Of a stretch of 58,668 nucleotides of DNA, positions 30,241 to 40,348 are shown in pieces (position 1 is the stretch's first letter; every line of letters starts with the position of its first letter). The translations under genes were made by a program, and so were the position numbers. The stretch comes from Pseudomonadota bacterium. GTDB taxonomy: Bacteria > Bdellovibrionota > FAC87 > UBA2466. The notes below the pieces were generated by a model. That model did not search any database, was not told the DNA's origin, and was given only the letters and a program-made list of their open reading frames with translations. The stretch covers positions 1 through 58,668 of the forward strand of contig JAYUGC010000122.1 in NCBI GenBank assembly GCA_043767805.1. The letters are read 5' to 3'.

Positions 30241-30722
30241 AACGTCTGCTCACAGCGCTTCTGATTTCCTGCGGGGCGCACGCCCTGTTCTTTTGGCCGA
30301 AGGCGGCGCCGGTAGTGCATCCGCCCGTTCAGTCGAGTTCCGTGTTTTGGATGGAGCCGCCGGCGTCCCGCGCGGCGAACGTTGGGCGTAAGGCGAGCGG
30401 TGGAATTCCTAGCTCTAGAGAGGCATCTCCTTCGAGCGCGGAAGCGGTGGAGTGGCATTCCCTGGGTGAGCTCGCGGCCGAAGGCAATACTCCGCCCCCA
30501 TATCCGCTCGAAGCGCTGGAGCGGTCCTGGGAAGGCACGGTGCGCGTTCGCGTCGAGTTTGACGACGAGGGAAGGCCTGCGGCCGTGGGGTTAGAAGGCT
30601 CATCCGGCCACACGATCCTGGACGAGGCAGCTTTGGGCACGGCCAAGACATGGCACATCAGCGGCGGCAAACGCCGTATCGTGGTAGTGCCGGTCGCCTT
30701 CAAACTCGAAGACGAATCTTAA
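30237..30722 (+). CDS. Energy transducer TonB
   Basis: N-terminal TM SCGAH, PPYP..A....WEGTV, SSGH.ILD.AA and VPVAF. Confidence 0.88.
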   Translation: MKRLLTALLISCGAHALFFWPKAAPVVHPPVQSSSVFWMEPPASRAANVGRKASGGIPSSREASPSSAEAVEWHSLGELAAEGNTPPPYPLEALERSWEGTVRVRVEFDDEGRPAAVGLEGSSGHTILDEAALGTAKTWHISGGKRRIVVVPVAFKLEDES

Positions 30723-30748
30723 AAGGTAGGGCGCTACCTTTATAGAGA

Positions 30749-31744
30749 TTAGCGGAGGTCGCCGCCGCTGCCGCCAGGGGCACCGGGGTTGTTGAACTGG
30801 ATGACCGGGCCCGTTTCGAGGGTCACGATGAAATCCCAGTACAAGCGGACGAAGCCGTCTTCTTCCACCATGCCCTTGGGTGGATTGGGGAAGGGCGAGG
30901 CCGCTTGAAACGCTTCGGTCGCCGCGAGATCCACTTCGGGAATGCCGCAGCTCGCGACCCGGCTCACTTTTTGAAGCTGGCCGTTCTCATTGAGAAGCGC
31001 CATTACTTTCGTGGTGAGCTCGTCCTGGCGGATCTGTCTGCCCGCGCCCCAGACATGGGCGAGCTTGCGCTGCACGGTGGGCCGCCAGAATCTCTGAATC
31101 AGCTCTTTCACTCGGTAGTGGTAAGAGAAGAATTTTACTTCTTTCGTACTGAGCACGGTGCGATCGCCTTTGACGACGTCGCGCAGGAAATCATCGCTCG
31201 CCCCTACGGAAAGCCCGGATCCGCCCATGCCTAAGTCTTTGAGGGTGAGCTTCTTCCAATCCTTTGGTAAGCCTTTGGCTTTTCCCGGAACGATGCCGTC
31301 GGGATCGGGGACTTCGGTGCCGGAAAGCTCTCCGGCCGCCTTCTCGGGGTGAGTCGTGCCGCCGGTATCGGCTTGGGTCTTTTCGCCACCGGCTTTGAAC
31401 TCGCCTTCTCGCTGGGCTTTGAGCTGCAGCTCGGCCTTTTGATTTTTCTCGGCGAGAAACTTCGCGTCCGGGTCCACTTCGGTATTGCCCGCGTCTTCCG
31501 ACTTTACGAGCTCCTTCGACTTAATCTGGGGTTTCATGTCCGGCTGGCCCGTTTGCGGGCGGGGAGCGCGACGGCGCGCAGGCGGCATTTCCGCGATCTC
31601 GATCGGAATGCCCTGATCGGGAACCAGAACGGCCGGTTGCGGAAAGCGAGCGAGCATCAGCGTGACATGGAGTACGATCGAAACGAGCAGCGTAATCGCT
31701 AACCGGTTATTCGAGGGGCTGCCATATGTCAGGGCGTCACGCAC
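30749..31744 (-). CDS. TonB C-terminal-domain protein (TonB/TolA-like)
   Basis: TM SIVLH, long linker, SCG..EVD.AA..AF..ASPFPNPP; GTG start after a GAGGAAG RBS. Confidence 0.75.
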   Translation of the reverse strand: MRDALTYGSPSNNRLAITLLVSIVLHVTLMLARFPQPAVLVPDQGIPIEIAEMPPARRRAPRPQTGQPDMKPQIKSKELVKSEDAGNTEVDPDAKFLAEKNQKAELQLKAQREGEFKAGGEKTQADTGGTTHPEKAAGELSGTEVPDPDGIVPGKAKGLPKDWKKLTLKDLGMGGSGLSVGASDDFLRDVVKGDRTVLSTKEVKFFSYHYRVKELIQRFWRPTVQRKLAHVWGAGRQIRQDELTTKVMALLNENGQLQKVSRVASCGIPEVDLAATEAFQAASPFPNPPKGMVEEDGFVRLYWDFIVTLETGPVIQFNNPGAPGGSGGDLR

Positions 31745-31754
31745 TAATACTTCC

Positions 31755-32363
31755 TCATGGCGCGCTAATCGCGTCGTAAATTTGAATGACCTGTCTCGCC
31801 GGGGCCGAGAGCTTCGGGTCCTCACGGTCCACTAACTCGTAATTCCAAATGTCGGCCCGGACGGCCTCGAACAAGACTCTGGACTCCGCCGTGTTGGGGC
31901 TCGCTTCGATTTGACGAAGTGCCTCGCCCCACATTTGTTCCGCGGGGCCTTTTTCGAAATTCGTCCCGGGCAGTACGTCGGGAAAAAGATAGACGGCGAT
32001 GTTCGTCGCCAAATCTATCTCGGGAGATTGTCCGTCCTGGCTCAGGGTCTCGGTCACCGCTTTGCGAAGCTCCGCTTTGCGCTCGAGGAACTTCGTCATG
32101 CCGTGGGTTTTGTAGGTCGACTCAAGAGAGTTAAAAGACCCTTCCAGCGTCTGCCAGCGCCAAGGATTGCCTGGCGAGAAGTAAACGACGGCGGCAAGCA
32201 CCGCGGCCGCGATGGCCAAAAAACTGAAAATCAAGCCATAAGACGGCTCCGCCTCGCGCGTGGCTTGTGGCCCTTGGCCGCCCGAAACAATCTTCAGCTT
32301 GGGAGCTTTAGAAGGATTCGGCGCGCTTTGCGGAGCGCTATTTGATTTGCGCCAGGGCTTCAT
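31755..32363 (-). CDS. Hypothetical single-pass membrane protein
   Basis: One TM segment; ATGA overlap with the upstream gene. Confidence 0.65.
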   Translation of the reverse strand: MKPWRKSNSAPQSAPNPSKAPKLKIVSGGQGPQATREAEPSYGLIFSFLAIAAAVLAAVVYFSPGNPWRWQTLEGSFNSLESTYKTHGMTKFLERKAELRKAVTETLSQDGQSPEIDLATNIAVYLFPDVLPGTNFEKGPAEQMWGEALRQIEASPNTAESRVLFEAVRADIWNYELVDREDPKLSAPARQVIQIYDAISAP

Positions 32364-33328
32364 TTGGAAACCGCCCCCTTGGCTTTCGGCGCCGCGGCCG
32401 TCTCAAAGGTTTTGGCGAGCTCCGGATCGATGGAGCACTCTTTGATTTGTTTCATGTGGCGCGTGAGCTCTTCGGCGTACTTATCCGCCGTCTCCTGAGG
32501 CCAGATGTGGGCTAGGCTCTGACTGAAACGTGCGGGGTGATTGAGGGAATCGAAAAAGTGCGCGGGATCGAGCACGAGCTTCTGCATTTCCTTGCGGCCG
32601 CCCCGCTTCATGGACTTGTTCCAGTACGTAAGGACCGAGCGAGTGCCTTTGTTGTAGGCCATGGTGGAGTAAAGCCAGAGCAAGTCGGGTGAGTAGCTTA
32701 TGTCGTTCTTCTCGAGAACGTTTCTCAGCTGGTGATATCGGTTGTTTAAAAATGCCGCCGAGGCGGTGACCGCCGTCGGGATGTAGTAGTAACTCGAAGG
32801 CGCGTTTACGTTTTCGCGCAAGGGGGCGATGGGACGGGAATCCCACCCAAGGACTGTGACGAACATCTTCAAGTTATCGTCGGTAAAGCGAGTGAGATTG
32901 TGATTGATCTCGTGAAAGCTGAAGTACGCGAACTGTCCGATGCCTTTCGCCTTGTGGCTTTCGTTCATCCCGGTCAGGTGATCGAAACGGCTTTCCTGAA
33001 AAAGCAGGCACCACAAAAGGCCCGGAGGCATGGTGAGCTCGGTGCTCGTGGTGCGAATCACTTTTTCGATGAGCTCGCGGTTGAGAGGCTCGAGACGGTT
33101 GGTGGTGCCCAGCAGTTCCATTTCGCTCTGGAACTTGGTGCTTTGGGGGTAGTCCTTCGCAAAGATCGAGCGCACCACTCCCGAGGCGTCGGCGCCCCGA
33201 TAGGCCGGCCGCAAGGCCACACCGCTGCGATGGCCCGCTACCCAGCTAATGCCGGCATAGAGTCCAACCGCCGCGGGTAGTACCGTGGCGGCAAGCAGCA
33301 AATTCTTGAAAAGGGTACGTCCGGACAA
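32360..33328 (-). CDS. Lytic transglycosylase/lysozyme-like protein
   Basis: QESRF catalytic-type Glu, A.GIGQF and AYN.G motifs; N-terminal TM/signal; GGAGG RBS. Confidence 0.7.
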   Translation of the reverse strand: MSGRTLFKNLLLAATVLPAAVGLYAGISWVAGHRSGVALRPAYRGADASGVVRSIFAKDYPQSTKFQSEMELLGTTNRLEPLNRELIEKVIRTTSTELTMPPGLLWCLLFQESRFDHLTGMNESHKAKGIGQFAYFSFHEINHNLTRFTDDNLKMFVTVLGWDSRPIAPLRENVNAPSSYYYIPTAVTASAAFLNNRYHQLRNVLEKNDISYSPDLLWLYSTMAYNKGTRSVLTYWNKSMKRGGRKEMQKLVLDPAHFFDSLNHPARFSQSLAHIWPQETADKYAEELTRHMKQIKECSIDPELAKTFETAAAPKAKGAVSK

Positions 33329-33376
33329 TTGCCGATCCTCCGCATACTAGATCGGCAAAAAGCAGGGAAAAGATGA

Positions 33377-34531
33377 CTAAGGACCGGAGTCCACAGTCTT
33401 GATCACGCTTAGGAACTTCGCGGTAGGAACTAACCCATGAATCCTAGGCTGCAGAAGTATATTGCCGCCCCGATCCACGAAAAGCACCGTGGGAAGGCTG
33501 AGCACCCCGTATTTTTTCAGAAGAGCTTCGTTTTCCGGGGAATCGTTGGTCACGTCGAGGCGCAAAAGAACCGTCTTCGCGAACGCTTCTTTCACTTCGG
33601 CTGCCTGGAAAACTTGTTCGTCAATCTCGTGACAGGCGGCGCACCATTCCGCGGTGAAATCCACCACCATGGGAACGTGGCGCTCCTTGGCCTCGGCGTA
33701 AGCGGCCGCTTCCGACGTGAGCCACTTGGTGCCCAAGGCGCTGGCCGCCGCCGCTTGCGGGCGTTGCACCCACCCCATCTGACGAGCGAGTAAGACGCCG
33801 TAGTAGCCGGAAGCGATGATCATGAGACCGGCCAGGAAGAAATTCACTCTCGTCATCCACGAGCCGGAGCGGGGCAGGCGGTTCAGTAACCCCGAGAACC
33901 CCCCTATGAGTAGGAAGAGCATGCCGAGGCCTAGAGAGAAGCTCAGGAAATAGAGGGTTCCCTTCATGGCGTTAGACGACTCGAAAACGAAAGCGAGAAT
34001 GCCGCCGATGACCGGACCTACGCAGGGACTAACGATGAGTCCCGAGATGAGGCCCATCAGAAAAATTCCGGGAAGGCTGTCCGAGTTTCCCAAAGTGGCC
34101 AAGCGGTTTTGGATGGCCGAGGGGATAGCTACCTTGAAGAGGCCCATTTGGCTGAGAGCCAAAGTCAGAAAGAGTAAGCAGAGGAAGCCGAGCATCACGG
34201 GGCTCTGCAAGAGCTTTCCGAAGAGCGACCCCGTCATGCCGGCGACTAGGCCGATAATGGAGTAGGTGAGGCACATGCCCGCGACGTAGACGGCGGCTAC
34301 CCCGAAAGTATGTAGGTCGAAGGATTTGCTTCGCGCGTGCCTTTGCGAGATACGCCCGAAGATGTTGATGGTGATGGGAATCATCGGATACACGCACGGG
34401 GTGAAACTAGTCAGCACCCCCGATCCGAAACAGAGCACCAAGGCGAAGCCCATGCTGTTGGAAGCAAGCGCTTTCATCTTGTCGGGATCAACGGACACCA
34501 AAAGCTGCCAGAAGGAACTAAGGGATTCCAT
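33377..34531 (-). CDS. DsbD/CcdA-type thiol:disulfide interchange protein with thioredoxin domain
   Basis: SFTPCVYPMIP, SPCVGP, LPRSGSWM and DFTAEWCAAC. Confidence 0.9.
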   Translation of the reverse strand: MESLSSFWQLLVSVDPDKMKALASNSMGFALVLCFGSGVLTSFTPCVYPMIPITINIFGRISQRHARSKSFDLHTFGVAAVYVAGMCLTYSIIGLVAGMTGSLFGKLLQSPVMLGFLCLLFLTLALSQMGLFKVAIPSAIQNRLATLGNSDSLPGIFLMGLISGLIVSPCVGPVIGGILAFVFESSNAMKGTLYFLSFSLGLGMLFLLIGGFSGLLNRLPRSGSWMTRVNFFLAGLMIIASGYYGVLLARQMGWVQRPQAAAASALGTKWLTSEAAAYAEAKERHVPMVVDFTAEWCAACHEIDEQVFQAAEVKEAFAKTVLLRLDVTNDSPENEALLKKYGVLSLPTVLFVDRGGNILLQPRIHGLVPTAKFLSVIKTVDSGP

Positions 34532-34606
34532 TCCTTCATTTTACGGAGTGAAGGGCGCGAATGCAAAAGGGTCCATTATGGGGTGGAACAGCCGATAAGA
34601 CCGCAG

Positions 34607-35971
34607 ATGACGGTTTTTCAAACATTGCGCCATTCCGTTGACGTGGGGATACGCAGTCAGCAGATCGGTTTTTGGTTCACGACCTATGGCGTCGCGGGAT
34701 CTTTGGCGTCGCTTGGTATCGAGGCGGGCCGCCAGGGCTTAAAGATCGCAAAGCTCCCGGGAGCTACGCCCCTAGGTTTCGACGCGGCCTTCGGTAAGAA
34801 CCTCGCCATGGCCTTCGCCAAGCTAGGCCCTACCTTCATCAAGCTCGGCCAGATTCTGGCAAGCCGGGAAGATATCGTGGGTCCCGTGGTGGCTGGCGAG
34901 TTGCGCGTGCTCTTCGATCGGGTGCCCCCAATTCCTTACAAGCAAGTGCAAAAGCTTTTGCGCGAGGAGTTCGGAAAAACCCGTCTCCGTCATCTGCTTA
35001 AAAAAGTGGACCCACAACCATTAGCTTCCGCGAGCCTGAGCCAGACTCACAAGGCGGAGCTCGCGGATGGGACGCCCGTGATTTTGAAGATGCAGAAACC
35101 CGGCGTCGCTCGCACGGTGAAAGCCGATCTCTCGCTCCTGGAAGCGATCGCTCAGCCCCTGCATCTGCTCTATCCGAAATATCAGATCCGCCAGATGTTC
35201 CGGGACTTCAAGGAAGCGACGCTCAGGGAAATCGATTACCGGCTGGAAGCGGAGAACATCGAGCGCTTTCACGCGAACTACCGAAAGCTTTTCAATGCGC
35301 CCGGCGTGGTCTTTCCTCATTGTTACCCTGAGCTCACTACCCAAAGAGTCCTAGCGCTCGAGCCGATGCGCGGCAAAAAAGTGAGCGACCTGCGTAAAGG
35401 CTCCACCGTCGCCAAGCACGCCGCCGAAGCGTCGCTGACCGCGGTGTTAGAGCAGATTTTCGATCACGGCTTTTTTCATGCGGATCCCCATGCGGGCAAT
35501 CTCTTCTTCATGGAAGAGGAGGGCCGAGTGGGATTCATCGACTTAGGCCTTGTCGGGCAGCTCGAGCCCGCCGACAAACAGAAATTTCTGAAAGTGGTCA
35601 TGGCGGTCTTGCAGCGAGACCGCGCCAAGCTCGCGAAGCATCTCTTTGAGCTCGGCGAGGCGTCGAAGAAAACCGAATTCCAGAAGTTCGACGGTGCGAT
35701 CCAAAGGCTTCTCGACGGAGCGAAAGCTAAAGGCGTGGCGCAGTTGCGATTAGACGAAATGATTCAGAGTCTCCTCGGCATCGCTCGCGACAACGGGCTT
35801 CATATTCCCAACCGGTACGTGATGATGATGCGAAGCTGTTTGCTCATCGAGGGAGTCGCCCGATCGCTCGACCCGAATCTTTCCCTGTTTACGGTTGCGA
35901 CACCCGTGGTGGCGAGAAGCTTGATGAAGTCCTATAACCCCTTGAGCTACTTGGGGAGGCTGTTTAAGTGA
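34607..35971 (+). CDS. ABC1/AarF/UbiB-family atypical kinase
   Basis: LGPTFIKLGQILASR, ASASLSQTH, K.QKP, FFHADPHAGN and IDLG. Confidence 0.92.
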   Translation: MTVFQTLRHSVDVGIRSQQIGFWFTTYGVAGSLASLGIEAGRQGLKIAKLPGATPLGFDAAFGKNLAMAFAKLGPTFIKLGQILASREDIVGPVVAGELRVLFDRVPPIPYKQVQKLLREEFGKTRLRHLLKKVDPQPLASASLSQTHKAELADGTPVILKMQKPGVARTVKADLSLLEAIAQPLHLLYPKYQIRQMFRDFKEATLREIDYRLEAENIERFHANYRKLFNAPGVVFPHCYPELTTQRVLALEPMRGKKVSDLRKGSTVAKHAAEASLTAVLEQIFDHGFFHADPHAGNLFFMEEEGRVGFIDLGLVGQLEPADKQKFLKVVMAVLQRDRAKLAKHLFELGEASKKTEFQKFDGAIQRLLDGAKAKGVAQLRLDEMIQSLLGIARDNGLHIPNRYVMMMRSCLLIEGVARSLDPNLSLFTVATPVVARSLMKSYNPLSYLGRLFK

Positions 35972-36045
35972 CCAAAAAGGCCCGGCATGAGCCTAAGCGC
36001 GGCACTCCTCGCCTCTTTTCCCTTGCCGTTCGTGCCTGGCCAGGC

Positions 36046-36061
36046 TGGCACGCGCCTCGCA
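36046..36061 (+). promoter_or_regulatory. Sigma54 (-24/-12) promoter candidate
   Basis: TGGCACGCGCCTCGCA with exact GG-N10-GC spacing, ~40 bp before GTG 36100. Confidence 0.5.
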
Positions 36062-36099
36062 TCTACGCCGTTTCGAGATTTGGGCGGAGGCCTTTCGAC

Positions 36100-36639
36100 G
36101 TGAAGCTAATCAGATTTTTTCTCACTCTCTTTTTATTCTCTCCTTGGATGATGGACTCCGCTTGGGGGCAAACGCCCCGGCTCGTGGAAGTTTTCTGCGC
36201 GCGTCCCGTCGGGGATACGAGTCCTGAATGGGCGTCCCTCGTGGGCCGTCTCGAGTCCCGCACCGCCGACCTGAACGACTCCCTCGTGCAGTCGCCTGAG
36301 TTTCAAGCTTGTGTCGCCCAGAACGAAAGTTTCTTTTCCACCGCTGAGTTTGCGTGGAAGGGCCGTCAGGTCATCCGCGAAGCGGTGAGGCAGGCGTCTC
36401 CCGAAGCGTCTGAAGCGGGCGTTCGCGTGGCTCTCTCTGATCTCGATTTCGAGCTTCCCTTGATCGGCACCGTTTCGCTGGGCGCCAAGCAGCCGACTTT
36501 GACCGAGGCCGTGGACCCCTACGGTTATGCCGCGCGCGCGAAGCTCTACGACCAACTTTGGGAAGAATTTCTGGCGACGCTCAAAAACCGCGAGGATTCT
36601 CGCGCGGGTGATCGCCAAGTTGCTAAAAACACTCGCTAA
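36100..36639 (+). CDS. Hypothetical exported protein
   Basis: GGAGG RBS, GTG start and signal-peptide-like N-terminus. Confidence 0.6.
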   Translation: MKLIRFFLTLFLFSPWMMDSAWGQTPRLVEVFCARPVGDTSPEWASLVGRLESRTADLNDSLVQSPEFQACVAQNESFFSTAEFAWKGRQVIREAVRQASPEASEAGVRVALSDLDFELPLIGTVSLGAKQPTLTEAVDPYGYAARAKLYDQLWEEFLATLKNREDSRAGDRQVAKNTR

Positions 36640-36705
36640 TTCGCGCCGTTTTCCCGGCCTTTTTTGGTTCTCAATCAGTGGACGGAATATTCCGATCTAG
36701 GCGAT

Positions 36706-38520
36706 GTGAAACCGAATTACTTCTCCTACCGCGTTCTGAAGTTCTTAACCCTCGCCGGTTGGCTCTGGCTGGCGGTGACCCCTTGGATGGGTAGCGCTCG
36801 CGCCGAGGACCTGGACGACGAGGAGCCCCTCTTCTCGGAGCCTAAGTCCGAAAGCGGGCCCGGGGGCAAAACGGAAGGGGCTTCGGCGCCTTCTCCCACG
36901 GTGGATGCGGGAGCGAACCTCTCCTACATCAAAGGCCGCCAGTTCGCGCTGGACGGCAAGTACGAAGCGGCCGCTCCGCTTCTCGAAAAAGCCTTGGCCC
37001 AGTCTCCGGACGACGCTTACCTGAATCATCAGCTGGGGGAAGTGTACTTGCGCCTCGGTGACTTCGATCGCGCCGAGCAGCTTTCGAAAAAGGCCGTCGA
37101 TAAAGATCCTTCGAACCTCGATTACCGCGCGAACCTCGCGGGTATCTATGCCGGGTTGAAGCGCTACGACGAAGCTAAGCTCCAGTATAAAAAGATTTTG
37201 GAGATCAACCCGAAGAACAAGCGCGCGCCGCTTTTCCTTGGCATTCTCGAAGCGGAACAAGGCAACTTCGAGGAGGGCATCAAGACGCTCACCGCCTCCA
37301 TCGAGTCGAACGGCGACAGCTACATGGCGTATTTTTACCGCGCCAAGATTTATCTCGAGAACAACGACGTCAAGAACGCCAAAAAGGATCTGAACGCCTG
37401 CTTGAACATGAAGCCCGCTTTCGTGGAAGCCGGAACGGCCCTTGGGCTCTTGCACGAGCGTCTAGGCGAAATCGATGAGGCGATCGGCGTTTATAACCGC
37501 ATCCAGGGCTCGGGACGTTTTAAGAAACGCCTAGCTCAGCTTTATCTCCAGAAGAACGATTTTGAAAAAGCGCTCGAGGAGCTCGTCGAGTACGAAAAGG
37601 TCGAGACCGACGATTACACGGCTCGCGTGAAAATCGCTCTCATCTACTTCGAGCTCAAAAAGTACGACGAAGCCAAAGGGCGTTTCGAGACCATCTTGAA
37701 GGAACAGCCGCAAGCAGACGTACGCTTTTACCTCGCCGCCATTTACGAAGAGCAGAAGCTTCTCGATAAAGCCTTGGCCGAGTTCAAAAGGGTTAGCGAC
37801 GGATCCTCCTTCTTCAAAGACTCCATGCTTCATGTCGGGTTCATCTACCGAGAGACGAATCGCCTGAAGGAAGGCATCGCTTTCGCGGACAAGCTGGTGA
37901 AGAAGAATCCGGCCATAGCGGAGTTCTACGATCTGCAAGCGTCTTTATATGAAAACAAGAAGGATTATAAAGCCGCGATGGCCGCGGTCGGAAAGGGCCT
38001 CGAGCGGTTTCCGACCGAAGAGCGCCTTCTCTATTTCCAGGGCGCCCTCTACGACAAGCTGGGCGAGCGCGCGAAAGCCATCGCCAACATGAAGCAGATT
38101 GTCGCTTCCAACGAGAAGAACGCCCACGCGCTCAACTTCTTGGGCTACACTTATGCCGAGATGGGCGAGAACCTCGAAGAGGCCGAGACGCTGGTGAAGA
38201 AGGCTCTCGAGCTGCGTCCCGACGATGGTTACATCTTGGACTCGCTCGCTTGGGTTTATTACAAGCAAGGCAATTACGATAAGGCGCAGAAAGAGCTCGA
38301 ACTCGCGATGGTGAAGCAACCCGAAGAGCCCGTCATTCTCGAGCACATGGGCGACGTTCTCCTGAAGAAGAAAGAGTTCGAGCTCGCCGCCGCGAACTAC
38401 AAGAAGGCCGGCGAGCTCGCGGCCGCGAAGAAGGACTCGGAAACCTCGAAGAAATTAAAGAGCAAGCTCGCCACTCTCGAAAAAGAGCGTGAGCCGACCA
38501 GCTCCAAAGCCAAGAACTAG
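36706..38520 (+). CDS. Exported tetratricopeptide-repeat protein
   Basis: Many TPR units; ALNFLGYTYA...P.DGYILDSLAWVYY...EHMGD; start uncertain (ORF open from 36664). Confidence 0.88.
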   Translation: MKPNYFSYRVLKFLTLAGWLWLAVTPWMGSARAEDLDDEEPLFSEPKSESGPGGKTEGASAPSPTVDAGANLSYIKGRQFALDGKYEAAAPLLEKALAQSPDDAYLNHQLGEVYLRLGDFDRAEQLSKKAVDKDPSNLDYRANLAGIYAGLKRYDEAKLQYKKILEINPKNKRAPLFLGILEAEQGNFEEGIKTLTASIESNGDSYMAYFYRAKIYLENNDVKNAKKDLNACLNMKPAFVEAGTALGLLHERLGEIDEAIGVYNRIQGSGRFKKRLAQLYLQKNDFEKALEELVEYEKVETDDYTARVKIALIYFELKKYDEAKGRFETILKEQPQADVRFYLAAIYEEQKLLDKALAEFKRVSDGSSFFKDSMLHVGFIYRETNRLKEGIAFADKLVKKNPAIAEFYDLQASLYENKKDYKAAMAAVGKGLERFPTEERLLYFQGALYDKLGERAKAIANMKQIVASNEKNAHALNFLGYTYAEMGENLEEAETLVKKALELRPDDGYILDSLAWVYYKQGNYDKAQKELELAMVKQPEEPVILEHMGDVLLKKKEFELAAANYKKAGELAAAKKDSETSKKLKSKLATLEKEREPTSSKAKN

Positions 38521-38530
38521 TTTCCTAAAA

Positions 38531-38572
38531 TAGAGAAGGGCGTCTGGATTGTCTCCAGACGCCCTTTTTCTA
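38531..38572. terminator. Bidirectional intrinsic terminator
   Basis: TAGAGAAGGGCGTCTGGA-ttgtc-TCCAGACGCCCTTTTTCTA long stem between convergent genes. Confidence 0.85.
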
Positions 38573-38584
38573 TGGGAATAGCAA

Positions 38585-39442
38585 TTAGCTGGAAGCGAGA
38601 GGGGCGACGGTGCGCAATTTCTCGACTACCCGGATACGATCGCTCAAGTCCTGCCCCGAGAAGAAAACGCGGGCGAGGGGATCGGATGCCGGGGGCGGCA
38701 GCAAAAAGAGATGGCGCGTGCTGAAGGCGACCTGCAAGGGAATGCGATCGTAACGAGCTTGCAGCCAGCGGAGGCCTTCGGAAAGCGCCATGGGATCGCG
38801 CGAAACGCGCACCGAAGCTTCATCCACTTTCGCCGCGGAATGCGAGCGTCGCAGTAAGAAACCGGGAACGAGGCAAAGGGGATAGAGAAGGATCTGGCGC
38901 ACAAAAAGACCGAAGGGATAAAAGCGCGGCGCGGGCTGCCCGCTCGTGGCTCGTCTGGGCATCACGAACGCGTCGATGAGCGAAAGCAACTCACTCAAAG
39001 TCGTTTCGAGAGTGGTCTCGCCGAAAGAAAGATAAGTGAGCTCGCGCGCGATCAGGGCGCCGAGATACTCTCGGGGCAAAGTGACCAGGGCACCGCGAGT
39101 CACGACGAGACAGCCCTGCTTTCTTACATGGCCGAAGAGCGCGAAGTTGAGCGCCGGCGACTCCATCACGAAAAGCCGCGGCACGGGTAAGCGCAAGCGG
39201 CGGCAATATTCCCGGGTAAGCGCGAAAAGCGCGGGGGCCTCAGCCGTTTGAATCTCTTTCGCGCCGAGCCGGAGCACGATCCGCTCAGGCGCTTTCCAAG
39301 CGAGGAGGAAAAGAAAAGTGAACGACGTGATCGTGCCGACGGCAAGCCCGCTCATTCCCCACAAAATCGAGAGGGGAATGGTGAAAAATAAAGTCGTGTA
39401 AAGTGCGAAGCCGAGCCACCGCGTCCAAGCACGCCAAGCCAT
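38585..39442 (-). CDS. HtpX/M48-like membrane protein lacking the HExxH motif
   Basis: P.LFVMES...NFALFG, VVTRGAL and ALIARELTYL in place of AHELxH; RBS AAAGGA. Confidence 0.75.
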   Translation of the reverse strand: MAWRAWTRWLGFALYTTLFFTIPLSILWGMSGLAVGTITSFTFLFLLAWKAPERIVLRLGAKEIQTAEAPALFALTREYCRRLRLPVPRLFVMESPALNFALFGHVRKQGCLVVTRGALVTLPREYLGALIARELTYLSFGETTLETTLSELLSLIDAFVMPRRATSGQPAPRFYPFGLFVRQILLYPLCLVPGFLLRRSHSAAKVDEASVRVSRDPMALSEGLRWLQARYDRIPLQVAFSTRHLFLLPPPASDPLARVFFSGQDLSDRIRVVEKLRTVAPLASS

Positions 39443-39519
39443 TGGGTTTCCTTTTGACTTCAGATTTGGTCCATGGGCATTGTAGTCTCCTTCAAATACC
39501 TTCGGCAAGTGGACCAGCA

Positions 39520-39906
39520 ATGGCGGAATCGAACTACAATACGGAGCCCATCGTTTACGAATGGGAAGCCGTGTCGACCGAGAGCATGGACGCGCTGACC
39601 AGAGCGACCCGCTCCACTCACGTTCGTACCATGCCGCCTACGTTCCCCACGATTTATCGCTGGGGTGAGTTCGAGTGGATGGCGCGGCTCGGTTACGATT
39701 TGAGAAACCTGCTTCATACGGAGCAGGAGTACGAGTATCTCGCGCCTCTCGTTATCGGCGAAAAACCGAAGATCACCACCTCTCTGAAAAACAATAAAGT
39801 AAAGGCCGGCATGTGCTTTCTCTCCGTGGAAAGCGTCATCGTTTCCGGAGGACGAATCGCCGTGCGCGTGCTTTCCAGTTTCGTCATCAAGGGTGTGACG
39901 AAATGA
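39520..39906 (+). CDS. MaoC-like dehydratase (FAS1-type N-terminal hotdog partner)
   Basis: PPTFP and LLHTEQEYEY..PL. Confidence 0.75.
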   Translation: MAESNYNTEPIVYEWEAVSTESMDALTRATRSTHVRTMPPTFPTIYRWGEFEWMARLGYDLRNLLHTEQEYEYLAPLVIGEKPKITTSLKNNKVKAGMCFLSVESVIVSGGRIAVRVLSSFVIKGVTK

Positions 39907-40301
39907 GCTTCACCGCCGGACAGGCTCTCGAGCCGCTCGTTAAGCCGGTCATTACGGTGGAACAGCTGCGCGAGTACGCTAAGGCTAGCCACGACCATAA
40001 TCCGATTCATCTCGACCCTCAGTTTGCGACCGAGGCCGGGTTCCCGTCGGTCATCGCCCACGGCATGCTTTCCATGGCTTTTCTCGGGGACTTTTTGCTC
40101 GCTCGTTTTCCCGAGAATCAGTACGAAATCGTCCGCATGAAGACCCGCTTCCGCAAGGTCACTTTCCCGGGCGATCAGCTCACCTGTGAAGGAAAAGTGA
40201 AAGAGATTCGGCCCGATGGCTCCCTCGTGGTCTCCTTTGCCACCCGCAACGGGTCAGGGGACGCGACTTGCGAAGGCGACGCCACCCTTCGCCCTCGTTG
40301 A
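39903..40301 (+). CDS. MaoC-family (R)-hydratase/dehydratase
   Basis: YAKASHDHNPIHLD, IAHGML and FPGDQL. Confidence 0.88.
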   Translation: MSFTAGQALEPLVKPVITVEQLREYAKASHDHNPIHLDPQFATEAGFPSVIAHGMLSMAFLGDFLLARFPENQYEIVRMKTRFRKVTFPGDQLTCEGKVKEIRPDGSLVVSFATRNGSGDATCEGDATLRPR

Positions 40302-40348
40302 TCCGGTTCCGCGACCTATGCTAACGGTCGTGGCTGAGGAGACAGGCC

